A DNA stretch of 64,000 nucleotides from the human T2T-CHM13v2.0 reference genome, Homo sapiens. The notes beneath the pieces were generated by a model. That model ran no database searches and was not told the origin of the DNA. It saw only the letters and a list, made by a program, of their open reading frames with translations. Position numbers and translations under genes: made by a program. The stretch lies in the NCBI RefSeq assembly GCF_009914755.1, contig NC_060936.1; one strand, given 5' to 3'. Positions 1-47,292 of this stretch are shown here, one piece after another (the first letter of the stretch is position 1; every line of letters starts with the position of its first letter).

Positions 1-258
1 GGCTGGTTATTATATATTCCTCTGTAGTATTCTCCTTCGAGCATTCAAAGCGCACATTTACCAGCCAAGAGGTGTGTCCTTGGAGACAGCCACACAGGTC
101 TTTCTCATATATACTTGAGAAGCAAAATCTAAGAGCTTGTTTTGGGGTCCTTTACGATGAACAGCCAGTTTGAAAGGGGAGGAATTAAAGCCAAATGCCC
201 TGAGGAAGAAGTTAGTCTGGTGTCAGTGAAGAGGATGTGGTTGCCATTTCTGCCATAA

Positions 259-31792
<31,534 letters not shown>

Positions 31793-31831
31793 AGATACAG
31801 AAGTTACTGTCACCCTACTGACTTTCTCACC

Positions 31832-31865
31832 AGTAAACATTGTGGCTGTTCCTGTATTGTGGTGG
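31832..31865 (+). terminator. Probable SMCO2 polyadenylation signal (variant AGTAAA) with downstream GU-rich element
   Basis: AGTAAA at 31832-31837, 40 nt after the stop, followed by tgtattgtggtgg. No canonical AATAAA nearby. Confidence 0.5.
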
Positions 31866-33111
31866 CTAACTTATTTTTCAAAAAATAACGTACAAGGTTT
31901 TTGTAAAGAACGTTGTAATTACACAGAAGTTGATTGATCACGGAAAAAAAATGAAAACAGCTTATCTTTACCTTTATGAATCACAATCCCTTCTTGAATC
32001 ATTCCACACTTTGTTGAAAACATTTTCTTCAAACCACTAACCTTCCTTCTCCCCCAACATGGGGTACATTGAGACCACAAAGTATTATCTCCCGTGGTTA
32101 TCTTCTCCATTTTGACTTCTGTTGTCTCAAAAAAGAAAGCATAAAATTCTTTCCCCTCCACTGTATCCAATTTTACTTCAATTGAATTGGAGCCCTATTT
32201 TGGAGATAGTTGGCATTTCTTGGCTTTTCTCCTTAACATTTATTTCTTCTTTTGATAATAGCACCCGAAGTTTGCTTTGAAAGAACTATCCCCAGCGGGC
32301 CTAATTATAGGCGGTCTTTCAGTCAATGTCCCCTGTCTTCTTATTAATAAGAGCTGGAAAACTGTTGCATCAGACATTCTCTATAACTGAGAATTTTAAG
32401 AAGATTCACAAAATCAAAAGGAAATGATTAGAACTTTGATTTTGTAAACCACTCCGTATCTTTTTCTGCTTAAATTAGCCAGACTGGTTCTGTTGCTTAC
32501 AATCAAAGGAAGTCTAACTGATACAATAGAGAATTTTGAATGTCAGACTAGAGTGTTTTATCCCTAACTTTGTAGCTAATGGGAAAATGCTAACATTTAT
32601 TTTTAATATAAAAAAGTTATAATTAAAATGTGCAAAAGTAATATTAAATAGAACCATAAAGAATAAATTAGAGTAGGAGGGCAGATGGAGTGCAAGAGTA
32701 GTTAAAAAGCCATTCAGTGGTACAGGTGAGCCAAAGAGGTGGAGATGGAAATGCAAAGACCATGAATGAAGCAGACATTATGAGGTTGGATCTTAACGGT
32801 ATTTGGTTGTGTAATGGACGTGGAGTTGGAAGGCTGGTGGCCAAGAGATATGCAATACGGTCCCAGTTCTCATATTTGACTGGATCTTGAAGGATGAATA
32901 ATATTTTCATGGCAGAAATGACAAAAAGGCATTTCAGAGAAAAGAAAAACCATGAGTAAAATTTAGAAGCCAGGAATATAAAACAAAGTTAGGAAAGCTG
33001 GTACAGCATAGAGCTCACCATACCAGTTTGTACAGTCTTTAGAAACAAACACTATGCCTCATTCATGTTTCTGGTCTCTGGAATAGTGATTCCCAAATGC
33101 TGGCCCATTGA

Positions 33112-33618
<507 letters not shown>

Positions 33619-35578
33619 TAAATTAAACTATGTGGTTCTTATCTTTGCAGCCTCCCTATCACCTCACCTCAGTCCTATATTCAATATTTATCTGTTCAAT
33701 AATTTCAATCACAGCCATTTTTCCAATGCCCCCATCTTCCCACACCCTTGAAATAATTTTCAACTCCTTTACTATCTTATTTTTGTGTTCTAGCAATCAC
33801 TTGGCCATGCCAATTTCTTCTACAGATATTTTTCTTAGATCAGCCCTATTATTTGCATTTATTTAGTTAACATTTTTAATAGGTCTTACCATAGAGATGG
33901 ATCACTGTTGGCCTAATCCAGCCTGTTGTTTCTACTTCCATGGATTGTCATTATGTACACAGCTGCTGAAAAGAATGGACTCCAATCATCACTTTTATCC
34001 TGATACTCTGTAGCCAGAAAACTGGGCGTATTGGTTGCTAGAAATATGCAATTTGTTTGCAAGTGGTTCTCAAGCTGTGATATTTAACAGAATTCCAAAA
34101 AGAGGCATTTAATTCTACATTTGTCTGAGCATCACCTCCAGAAGTTCTGATTCTTTAAATGTGGTATGAATCTCTGATATCCTCTATTTTAATAGATTCC
34201 CCTAACAATTCTTATAACTCAAAGTTTAAGAACACCATGCTCTATGGGCAAAAGGTACCTGGGATTACAAATTAGCTGAGATCCCATACAAGGTTAATCA
34301 AGGTTCTTTGGGAGCAGGGTGAAAGGGTGAGCGTAAAGGAATTTCCAGGACACACAGAAAGGCAAAGAGCCAAAAGCTCTGGGAGCAATGACTAACATAT
34401 TCAAAAGGTCTTGTGATAGGGACTATGCTGACAGATCTTAAAAAGTCACAGTTATCTTGTTTACAGATACAAGGACTATTCAGACAAATTTATAGATAGA
34501 ACTTGGTGTATGTTTTTTATAATCATCAGGTAAGTTCCCATAACTAGAAACAGTACTGGTTGATTTACCCGTAAATCCCAAAAAGAAGTAGTGAGTTCAA
34601 TAAAGCTTAAAATCTTGTGATAGTCACATAACACTAAAGACAAAGTAAGTTAGAGGACTAGATTGTTTTAAAGAATAAATTAATATTTTACTAACTTCCA
34701 AGACATATTTGATTAGGATTTTGACTAAGATGGGATACTTTTCCCTGGGAGATGAATATCTTTGAAGTGGGAATGGTAATATTTTCACATCAATTTGTTT
34801 TCAATTCATCAGCATCTCAAGCTGGGAAGCTGGAAGTCACAGTACTCTATTGAGAGAGGGAAACATTTAGTAACATATGGAAATATTAAGAGGGTATGAA
34901 TGTCTACGTGTGGTAACTCAGCTAACTGCTTTTGGTTGGTCAGGTCGGGTTTTATTTCAGATATTTTAATGCCATATTCAATTGAGCCAACTGCTGTACT
35001 CTAAACCATTTGCTAAAAATGTCTGAATCACTGCATAAATATGTTTTTGGTTTTGGACTAAGAGGAAAGAACATGAGTTTCACAAAATCTCCATTTGTCA
35101 TGTTTTTAGGTGAAGACAGCTATGCTGTAGTGAAAGGAGCTTTGAACTTGGATTTAAAGTTGGGTTCAAGACATGATCCACTGTCAACTGTGTTTGGATG
35201 GGGTCAGCTAATCTCTCTCCCTGGAGGGGGATCCAAACAACCATTCCCCATCTGCTGAGAGTTCATAGCAAGACCCTACTTTGGACTTGGCCTTAGTCAA
35301 AGACAGTTGTCTAACCTAAGCTTCCTCTCCTTCCCTAAGGGTGGTCTGCATCCAATGCCTAACCCAGGGTACCTTTTTAGAGGGCCATCCTAGCCGCAGA
35401 GCTCCTGGTGGGGTCAGCTGAGGCCTCTAGTGCAATTGTATCACATTTCATCTCCATCTGCCCCATTCTGCTTCTACCATCCCCTCCACATTTGTCCACC
35501 CTGTGAGTGTCCCCCAGTAAACCTGTGTGCAAGTCTTTGTCTCAGAGTCCTTTTCCCAGAGAACATTACCTAAGACAC

Positions 35579-35845
35579 TTGTGGAAATAAAGAACAGTCA
35601 AATGAGAACAAGCAGAGGCTATTTATTCAGAGCTTGCAATAACAAAGGAGTCCATCAGTTGCATTTTGGCAGAGACTCAAAGGCAGGCAGAGGAGTGGGA
35701 AAGCTTTAGAGTGGGAAAAAGGCAAGGTTGGATAAGCCCTGATTGGGACATCCCAGGTGATTGATTAGGGGGTGCATATTTGACTTTCTCTAGTTGATCC
35801 TATGTTGGAAGCAGGGACAAAAATTAGGGGAGCTGCCAGTTATTT
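35579..35845. mobile_element. ERV LTR fragment (family uncertain, MER31/MER67-like)
   Basis: gaggctatttattcagagcttgc...ggcagagactcaaaggcaggcagaggagtgggaaagc resembles an LTR consensus recalled from memory. Confidence 0.45.
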
Positions 35846-36079
35846 CTCACGATTTTGTTTACTCATATATAAATTGAGAAAAATAATACCTGCCTCATGA
35901 GATTGCTGGATTAAAGAGCCTGATGTTTAATAGGTTTTGAGTATTATTATTATTACCATGAATAATATTTTTAAACGTGTGAGATTGCCTTAATTAAGAA
36001 CTTTGGGTTTGACCTAATAGTGAAGAAATGAATTTGAACACACTTCCTGATATATCTTAAAGTAAAAATAAGTGAACAA

Positions 36080-37470
36080 CAAGCCATGAAGTCTTGCTTG
36101 ACTCCTTCCTTTTTCATATTCCACTCTCAGTCTGTCAGGAAATCTTGTTGCTTAAAACACATGCAGAATTCAACTGCTACTCACCACCTCCCTGATAGCA
36201 ACCACCTTTGCATGTCACCATTGTTGCAAAAACCAACCAACTTGCTCTCGTTCTCCTGATTCCACCCTTGCCCACATACAATTCAGCAGTCAGAGTGACA
36301 CTCTTTTATAATGCAGGTCAAATCATGTCACCTTTCTGCTCCAAACCCCTTCAGTGGTTTTCCATTTCTTTCAAAGTAAATGCCAAAGTCCTTTCAACTA
36401 CTTGTATTTGGCCACTGCCTTCTGTTGGCTCAAGCCTCATCCTATTCTACTTGTCCTCTCGATCACGCTTCTCAAGTTCCACTGTTCATCTTGGTGTTCC
36501 TGGAACACATCAGGCACACTCTGGTCACCAGGGCTTTGCCTGGGCCAGCCCCTCTGCCTGGAAGTCTCTTCTCCATGGCTTACTCCCACAGTACTTTCAA
36601 ATCTTGGCTCAAAGGTTATCTTCTTGGCTGTAATAAAAAAGACAGATAATACTAAGTGTTGGTGAGGATGTGTAGAAATTAGAATCCTATTATATTGCTG
36701 GTGGGAATGTAAATAATACAGCCACTGTGGAAAACACTTACTCAAAAAATTAAACATAGAGTTACCATATACCTTCAGCAATTCCATGCCTAGGTATATA
36801 TCCAAAAGAATTGAAAATATATATCCACATAAAAACTTGTATGTGAATGTTCATAGCAGCAGCATTCATAATAGTCAAAAAGTACAAACCAAATATCCAT
36901 CAACTGATGAATAGATAAACAAAATGTGGTGTACTGATACAATAGAGTTATTATTCAACCACAAAACAGAATGAGGTATTGATACATGCTACAACCTGGG
37001 TGACCTTGGAAAACATTATGTAAAGTGAAAGAAACCAGACACAAAATTCTACAGATTGAGTGATTCCATTTATATAAAGTGTCTGGAATATGCAAATCCA
37101 CAGAGACAAGGCAGAAGAATGGCTGTCAGAGGTCGGGAAGAGTGACTACAAATTGGTTTGGAGTGTCTTTTTGGAATGATGAACATATTCTGAAATTTCA
37201 TGCTGTTGATGGTTGTACAACATTGTGACTACACTAAAAACCACAGAATTGTACACTTTAAAATAGTGAATTTTAAAATGCCGTCTTCTTAATGAGGCTC
37301 GTATAACCATCATGTTTAAAATTGCATTCCTCCCATCCCCATCCCACCTCTCCCAAACCTGCCCTGTTCTATTTTTTGTCATGACTTCTACCATAATATA
37401 TAATTTACTTATTAGGTTTATTGTTTATCTGTCTCTTTCCATGAAAATGTAAGCTCCACAAAAGCATAGA
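36080..37470 (+). mobile_element. L2 remnant interrupted by an L1MB-like 3' end (~36628-37275)
   Basis: L2 motifs (cagcagtcagagtga...ctccaaacccttcagtgg; tgtaagctcca) flank L1 motifs (gagttaccata...cagcaattcca). Confidence 0.75.
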
Positions 37471-38035
37471 CTAAACTAGGACTATATAGACATCACATTA
37501 TATACAAAATATCCGAAAACATGTCTGAATGCTAAAAGGCTAAAGAGGAAAAGGAATAAGTTGTACCCAGGATGAGGGGGTCAAGGTTTAAAAGGGGTAG
37601 GTAACCAGGAGGGAGGAAATGGGCTAGATATACACATAACAATAATATGTAATAACTAACAACAGTCATGTTGTTTTAAAAACATTAGTATGTTTCATGC
37701 ACTGTGTTAAGTACTTCATGCACATTTTATGATTTAATCCTCACAATTATTTTATAAGCCAGGTATTATCATTATCCCCATTTTTATACATGAGAGAATT
37801 GAGGCACAGAGGATAGTAACTTGTTTAGAGTCCCACTGTAAAAGGTAGCATCAGGATTTGAATCTAGATTTATCTGGCTGCAATATCTGTGTCCTTTTCA
37901 AGTGACATGCAGCCTCCCCAAATTGGATTGTACGTTCTATGAAAGCAGGAACAATGCCATGTTAAGCCCTGCATATTTAGCATATAGCACACTACTTAGA
38001 AGATAGTAAATGTTCACAAAATATTTGTGAATGAC

Positions 38036-38225
<190 letters not shown>

Positions 38226-39267
38226 CTAACATTTATTCAATATCAAGTGCAGCTTTCACCAGTGCTACAGGTTTTGGAAACCACCTGCAACCCTGGCCAT
38301 CTCTGGCATCATCTCTGCCACTGACCACTGTTCCCAGAAGCAATATAGATGCAAAGGTCATTGACATAGTCAAGGAACGGCCAATGGCCTCACTCTCCAC
38401 CCAGCTTGGATGTGAGCTACTTCAGGGGCTACAACGTTTTCTGCTTTCTCCACTTCATCCCCAAACTGAATCTTCTCTTCAAGCCTAAAGTCCAGTTACT
38501 TTTTCTAGTACTGAAGGCCTCTCCATTCCAGAGCATTATGTTGGCTTCCTTTCCCACCTTCTGGGTAGGAGCTCACACTGCCTGTCCCAATAGCTTCTGG
38601 CTGGTGAGACTGCCATATGCTCAAAAATCAGATTTTGTCTCATGACTTTTTCCCTTTGGAAGGGCTTTTGCTGCATGTGTTGATAAACAAGCAAAGCAAG
38701 TGGTTGCAGTAACTTCTATAAAAGTAGAGGTTTAACAGTTGAGATGCTTTTATCTGTAACAGGATACCTAAATTATATTGGATTAAAGAATAAGGACACT
38801 TATTATCTCATGTGGCAAAATATCCACAGCGAGGGTGGTTCCAGGGTTGGTTAGTTGAGCAGCTCAATGGTGTCATTGCTCTGAGTCACCATTTCTTCCA
38901 TTCTCTTGGCTCTCCCGTCATAGTCCCAAGGTGGCTGCCGTGGCTCCAAACATTTTTATGCAACAGAAGGAAAGAGTGGGAGAAAATCTTTTCCCAGAAG
39001 CTCCAGGCTGACTTCCTCCTGGGAACCACCTGATCAGACTAGATTACAGGCCCCAACAAACGAATAACCAGGACTGATCTGCCTCTTTTCCCCCTCCACT
39101 GCACCTGTGAGCTGAAGCACAACAAATGCTCATGCTGCTCAGTTGCCACCAAATAACTCGTTCTTCTAGAGAAATCAAGTACACACAAAAAGTGAACAGT
39201 CTTCTCTGGATGGTAGGATTGTAAGTGACTTTTCTTCTTCAGAAAAATTTATGCAGTGAATGTTTTA

Positions 39268-40620
<1,353 letters not shown>

Positions 40621-41629
40621 TGTATTATAAAATATCACATTACAATAACTGGGAACTGAATTTAAATGAAAAATTGTATGTCATGCTCTCCTGTTTGTAC
40701 AAAGAACACTTACTACACCCCACTGGTCGCACCAAACTTGAGAGATAAATAGGATTTGAAAGCATCATGTTGCAGAAAAGAAACTAAGGTTTGGAGAGGT
40801 AAAGTCAGTTGCCCAACGTTTGTGCCAGAGCCAGGACTAGGACCAGAATATTCTCTCCCTGATCTGCCACCCTTCGCCCTCCACTCAAAAGCCACAGCGT
40901 AACAAATGCTTCTCCCTGCTCAGCTGTCACCCAAGAACTCTTCAAAAGAAATTCCTTCCTTCCCTTCCTTGTCACTTAATATAATTGTACGATTCCAAGT
41001 CTTCAGTTCCAGACTCCAGATCTGTTCACATTAAAATGCAATCCAGGTCCAAACTAGAAGTGAGTTTCCTGTTTTATCATTTAAATGAGTTACCTTAAGC
41101 CTTGGTTATCTCAGCAAACTTTCTTCTCACTGCTGACTGGTCATACTTGGAGCCAGCCAAAAATGAGATAAAGAGGCTAGGATACAGTATGCTGGATTCA
41201 TTCCACAGAGGTGTCTTTGTATGCTTGTGAGTAGAAGAGTAATGATGTTTTTTTTTCCTGGCTGGAAACAGAATCAACTGTGCTATTTTGAAATCTACCA
41301 AAGGCAGACAGCCCAAGAACCTATAATTGCAGAGAGACACAGTTTTTTCTGGCATCCGTGTCTGTGTGTGTAGGTTGTGAAAAGCAATACTGGCCTAGCA
41401 GTAGATTTAGCATCAAGCGAGCTGAGATTTAGTCCCAGGACTGTCACTAACATATTCCCTGTATTGCCATTTTGTTCACAATAGCAAGTAGTGACCTTTC
41501 TGTGCCTCTGCTTCTCCAACCAGTGATAAGAAGAGTTGCTCTTACATATGCACACTGGTATTTCATGAAGACAAATAGAACATAGTGAAGGGAAAAAAGC
41601 GTACTGGTTCTTCCACTTAGTGGCTGTGG

Positions 41630-42801
41630 GTTATGAGCAGAATTTTGTCACTGTCAAATTCATATGTGGAAGTCCTAACCCCTGGTACGTGAATGTATTT
41701 GGAGATAGGGTCTTTAAAGAGGTAATTAATTAAATTTTTTTATTTTTTATTTTTATTTTTAAGATGTTTGATTTATTTTTAATAACCCTTCATTGTATAT
41801 TTTATATGCTCTCAAGTTACAGAAAACTGCAAAGCTGAAATTCAACATCGGCTAGTGTCAAATGATTCCTTTTTAAAAAAAAGATTTTGGTTTTAGGAGT
41901 GAAACAAATGGATCATGGAGAATGAATGCAGTAGATCATTACACAAGTGATCAGTCAGCATCTTTGCCTCCACATTAAGGTTACTGAATGAATAGCTCAG
42001 ATTTATAATATCTGAATTTCATGCCAGCATAAAACCCACAACCTTGACTAAGTTATCATAAGACATTAGGAAGAAAGTATGGTGATAATAATCCATCCAA
42101 ATGCTACATAAATGGAAACACTGTGAGAAAGTTGGCTGAGCACCTGAATAATCTAATTCATAATGTCTCCAAAAAACCATACAATGATTTAGGGGAAATA
42201 ATGAATGAAAATAAAGACATATATAATTTAAGATATGTATGTGTCATATGTATTTCAGTCTTTAGACTTAAACAGTGTGTTAACTTGCCTAGATAATTGT
42301 CCACTAAAAGATAAAATATTCTGATTTTTTTCTGCTACTGTTGGAGACATTCTTATACAGTTTCATTAAAGTTATTAATTTTGAAAATGTACCTTTCTCA
42401 TATTTTTCTAAAGAAATTTCTGATGGAGTGAAATTATATTAACTTTCAAGGTAGACAAACCAGCCCTATGACATACTAGCTACATTGACTTGAGTAAGTT
42501 TTTTTTTATTCTTTATTTTTGTTTTCCATTTTTATTACAAACAATTATGAAATGACAACTAAAGAGGTAATTAATTTAAAATGAAGCCAAGAGGGTGGGC
42601 CTTCATCCCAAAGACCATGTGAAGTGACAGAGAGAAGGTAGCTATCCACTAGACAAGAAGAGAGGCTTCAGAAGAAGGTACCACCTGCGTTGACACTGAT
42701 GTTGGCCTGCTGGCCTTCAGAGCCATGAGAATATATATTTCTGTTGTTTATGGCACCTGACCTGTGGGACTTTGTTATGATAACCCAAGCAAACTAATCC
42801 A
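41630..42801 (+). mobile_element. MLT1B LTR split by a retrotransposed insert (halves 41630-41731 and 42560-42801)
   Basis: aaattcatatgtggaagtcctaacccc...ggagatagggtctttaaagaggtaattaa | ...aaaatgaagccaagagggtgggcc...agcaaactaatcca. Confidence 0.85.
41732..42559 (-). pseudogene. L1-mediated retrocopy of non-repeat sequence (processed 3'UTR fragment or orphan 3' transduction); source unidentified
   Basis: 17-bp TSD taaagaggtaattaatt (41715-41731, 42560-42576); poly-T 41735-41760; AATAAA on the minus strand at 41772-41777. Confidence 0.8.
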
Positions 42802-42834
42802 GGGACCCCAGGAAAGTTACTTAACCCTTCTAGG

Positions 42835-43008
42835 CAGGATAAGTGACATAATTTTCAGGGTCCAGCATAAATGAAAATGTGGGTTCCCTTGTTTAAAAGT
42901 TTCTAAGAATTTCAAGACAGCAACAGTCAAGCATTAAACCAAGTATGGGGACCACTCTAAGCAGCCCTGTGCAACTGCACGTGTTACCCACCCATAGAGC
43001 CGATTCTG
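42835..43008 (-). mobile_element. MER91A (hAT) DNA transposon inserted in a MIR, 8-bp TSD (c/g)ttctagg
   Basis: CAG...CTG termini; TSD at 42827-42834 and 43009-43016. Confidence 0.75.
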
Positions 43009-43962
43009 GTTCTAGGCCTCAGCTTTGTCATCTGGAAAGTGGGGGTAATAATTGCACTTACTTTTAGGGCTGTTGGGAAGATTAAATCAGATTCTAGGAC
43101 GAAGCTTTCAGAGTACATGAAAGGGCAACCCAGAAAGGTGTTCAAAGTTTGACATTAATTGTCGTGCCTGGGTTGAGTTCCAGGATCACAAGAAAGAATA
43201 GTTTGTTTTCTTTTTCGCCATTTACGGTCAATGAGCCATTAGTCAGTGGGAAGAGAGAGTGGAGATGGGGAGGAGAGAGCATGGATATTTTAAAGCTGAG
43301 AGATTCTGCTGGGGCGAACAATGCAGATTGTTTGATGATTTGCTTGTTTATAGTCTGAGGGTCTCTGCTCCAGGGCAAGTGACTTTTTTCTTCTCCTCCT
43401 TCTCTCTTGCCTGCTACCCAGGAAGTATGCTCCACTGCAAGTGGCATTTGGACTCCAGAGCATCTGTGTTGTTGCCTGACTTTCTGACAAAAGTGTTATT
43501 ATTTCCACACATATGACCCTTTTATTCTATAAATAAATAAAGCTTTAGAAGTCAACCGAACACAACCCTGATGTCTAAAATAGGATAGAATAAATAAAGC
43601 TGATCCTTATAAGATTAATCCACATTAGAAGGTAAAGAAAGCCAGAGGATTCTGAGTGACATTTTGAAAGGAGGCAATTATTTTATTTGACATATTTATT
43701 ATCTTCTAAAATAATTTAGACACCAGGAGTTTGAATGGATTAGAATAAAACTCCCAACATGAAAGCTTTTCCAAACAATAATATTATATGGCAATAATCT
43801 TTAGTATAAGACAAAGTTCTAACTGAATCTTCTGCTGGTATTTTGGTAGATTTCATAGCATAGTGAACAGAAGAAATCTTAGCAGTTCTTCTTTGCAATT
43901 CAACCTCTCCCAAAGGGGGCTGAATCTAGGGTCCAAATCTTTTCCTTCTTAACATGATGATG

Positions 43963-44441
43963 TGTAGCCACCCCAGAACAATTGGGTTCAACTTTTATGT
44001 AACAAAGCTGTGAGCTGTTTTTCTGTCTCAACAGATGTCAGGTCATGTAACCAGAGCATGCCCAGATGAACTAAATGTGCAACAACAGAGTGAACTTAAA
44101 TGCTCAGAAGGAGGATTGGAGACTGAATTAAGAAGTAGACACCTCACGGCCGGATGCAGGATCCAATCAAATCGAGTTCTGGTGTCCCGATGGCAGGAAG
44201 CAGTCAGATCATGCCTCCCGACATTACCTCATTGCAAGATCCAATCAGATCACACCTCATTACCCTATGGTTATAAAACCTGGCTCAGCCCCCAGCTAAG
44301 AGAGTCAATGCTTTGGGAACTAGTCCTGTTCTCCTTATGTGTTACATTAATTTTTAAAATCCCCTTGTTAAATCCTCCTTGGTTGTGGTCATTGGGTTAA
44401 CACCTGCCCAGTGACCAAATCTACCTGTTGTGTGGGTAACA
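43963..44441 (+). mobile_element. ERVL solo LTR (LTR47-like) retaining CCAAT boxes and TATA
   Basis: TG...CA termini with gatg on both sides; CCAAT at ~44163 and ~44240; TTATAAAA at 44271. Confidence 0.7.
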
Positions 44442-44566
44442 GATGGAATCACTAAGTCACGATATCCATTGATTGCCCTTTTGATAGGAAAGCTCAGAAC
44501 TTTACAAACCAGTCCTATAAGAAGCAGCATCTTTCCTTATACTACTGGTTACTCTCATAAATGTAA

Positions 44567-44899
<333 letters not shown>

Positions 44900-45799
44900 T
44901 GTTTTTTTGTTTTTGTTTTGATTTTAGTAACATGAGATATGCTATGTCCTGACTCTGTTCTCATTATAGTTAAAATAAATAAATCTAAACTCCTTCAAGA
45001 CCCTAAGTGATCTGGCTGCTGATATGAGAGTCTGTAGAAAGATAAAACAATATTCAAGCTTCTTTTCTTTTGGCCCTTTGTTCATTGCCCTTGTAATCAT
45101 AGCTTCTTCATGCTAGTTGCTTAGGGAAGGAATGAAGTAGAACAGGGCCATGTAATTAATATAATGATATTTAATTAATATGCAATGATAATTATATGTT
45201 GTAAACTAATACATTCTAAAATTCCCACAATGTGTGACAAAAATATACCACCAAGACAGACTGAGGTTGACCTAAAGTAATGTCACAATGTAATATGATT
45301 TAGAGGCAAACTTAATCTTGATCACCAGATTATACATTAAGAACTTTCACCTCGCTTCAGAATAAAACACTTCACTTTGTCTGCTCTATTTTTTTCAGGG
45401 AAGGTAAAATGCTCTCACATTTATTATCTCGTTTAAAGTCACGGCATTCCTTAAGCGCTTTCAAGTAGTAAGGCATTAAAAGTATTCAGATTACCTCAGG
45501 TGATAGAAATTTAGTGTGAGACTACCTGAGGAAGGGAGGAAATGCAGGAAAACCACTGAACCGTCAAGCCTCATGAGAACTGGAGCACAGTCCGGGATTC
45601 AAGAGTGAATCTACTAGTCTATTATTCTTACGGCTGAGCTTCTCTCTCAGCACAGACTGTACTGCCAAACTCGGTTGTATTATGCTACTTCCTAGTTATG
45701 TGACCATGGACAAGTTACTTAAGCTCTCTGTGGCTTGGTTTTCTCATCTGCAAAGTGGAAACAGGGTTGAAGGTAATATATTTAAAGGCATTTAAAATA

Positions 45800-46058
45800 C
45801 AGTTCGAGTCTCCCTTATCTGAACTGCTTGGGACCAGAAGTGTTTAGGATTTCAATTTTTTTTTTTTTTTTCAGATTTTGGAATATTTGGATTTTACTTA
45901 CAGGTTCTTATAAGTAACTTGCCAGCATCCCTAATCTAAAAATCTGAAATCCGAATTGCTCCAATGGACATTTCCTTTGAGCGTCGTGTTGGCACTCAAA
46001 ATTTCAGATTTTGGAGCATTTTGAATTTCAGATTTTCAGATTAGAAATGCTCAACCTG
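45800..46058. mobile_element. Tigger4a/MER46A-like Tc1-mariner MITE with TA TSD, inserted in a MIR
   Basis: ta|cagttcgagtctcccttatctgaa...ttagaaatgctcaacctg|ta terminal inverted repeats. Confidence 0.8.
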
Positions 46059-46995
46059 TAGTACCTGATACACAAAAATCGGCATGTGTTCACTATCATC
46101 ATTACCATTTTAATTATTGCTGTCCTATTTTTGATTCCTTCAGTAGCTAGCGTCCACCACCCCTGTGGCATCCACCACCTCATGGCTCCTGACTACTGCT
46201 TTTTCTAGGTGTGACTCTCAGCACATGCCACCCTTTTCTGCTTTATGTTTTACTTCAGCTCCTGTCTACTTTCTTCTGATTTCATCTTCTAGACCTCATG
46301 CTTCTACTTACTATTCTGTGCATGACCTGTATTCATTCTGTTTATGACCTTTATTCCATGTGCCTCCTTGCTTCTGCTCTACTCTATGGTCTGGTTTTCT
46401 AGACATATTCAATGTGTCATATTAAATGTCTTGAGGGAAGATATACATGGCCCCGTTAGTGGGTGTTCAGTACAGATCTCTGCTGAACAGTTCCTGTGCC
46501 TGTTTGCCCCAGGCCATTGACAAGTTTATACCTGGCTGTCTTCATTCAGGTGGGAATCCATGCTTCAATCAGTGCTATTGAAGTGTTGTAGGAAGGTTGC
46601 CGAGGAATCCTGGGTATACAGAGCCATTTCGGACTCTCAGAAGGAAGTTGTGGAGTTAGCAGCATCAGAGTTTCATGGAACACCCTTTTTTAGTTTGTTT
46701 GCATTAATGACATCCCAATCACAGATGAAGAAACTGAAGCTCAAAACTGTCAAATGATGCTGGGTCTTATAACTCAGAGCACACACTTAACTAATTTTAC
46801 CAAAGAAGAGGTGATATTTCTTACACTTTCTTTTATTCAGAAATGGGTGATGACCTTTTTTCAGAAATGAATGTAAAAGGCACTAATATGGCTATTACAT
46901 TATGTATAATTCAGAATTCAAGCCGTTTAGGATCGAATGGAAATTAAAGTGAAATAAGATTAAGAGGTTTAAAGCCTTTAAAAGACGGACATACT

Positions 46996-47292
46996 GGCTG
47001 GGCACGGTGGCTCATGCCTGTAATCCCAGCACTTTGGGAGGCCCAGGTGGGCAAATCATGAGGTCTGGAGTTCGAGACCAGCCTGACCAACATGGTGACA
47101 CCCATCTCTACTAAAAATACAAAAAATTAGCTGGGTGTGGTGGTGGGTGCCTGTAACCCCAGCTACTCAGAAGGCTGAGGCAGGAGAATTGCTTGAATCT
47201 GGGAGGCGGAGGTTGCAGTGAGCCGAGATCACGTCACTGCACTCTAGCCCAGGTGACAGTGCGAGACACTGTCTCAAAGAAAAAAAAAAAAA
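46996..47292 (+). mobile_element. AluS, TSD aaaagac(g/a)gacatact
   Basis: Full dimer with TSD. Confidence 0.92.
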
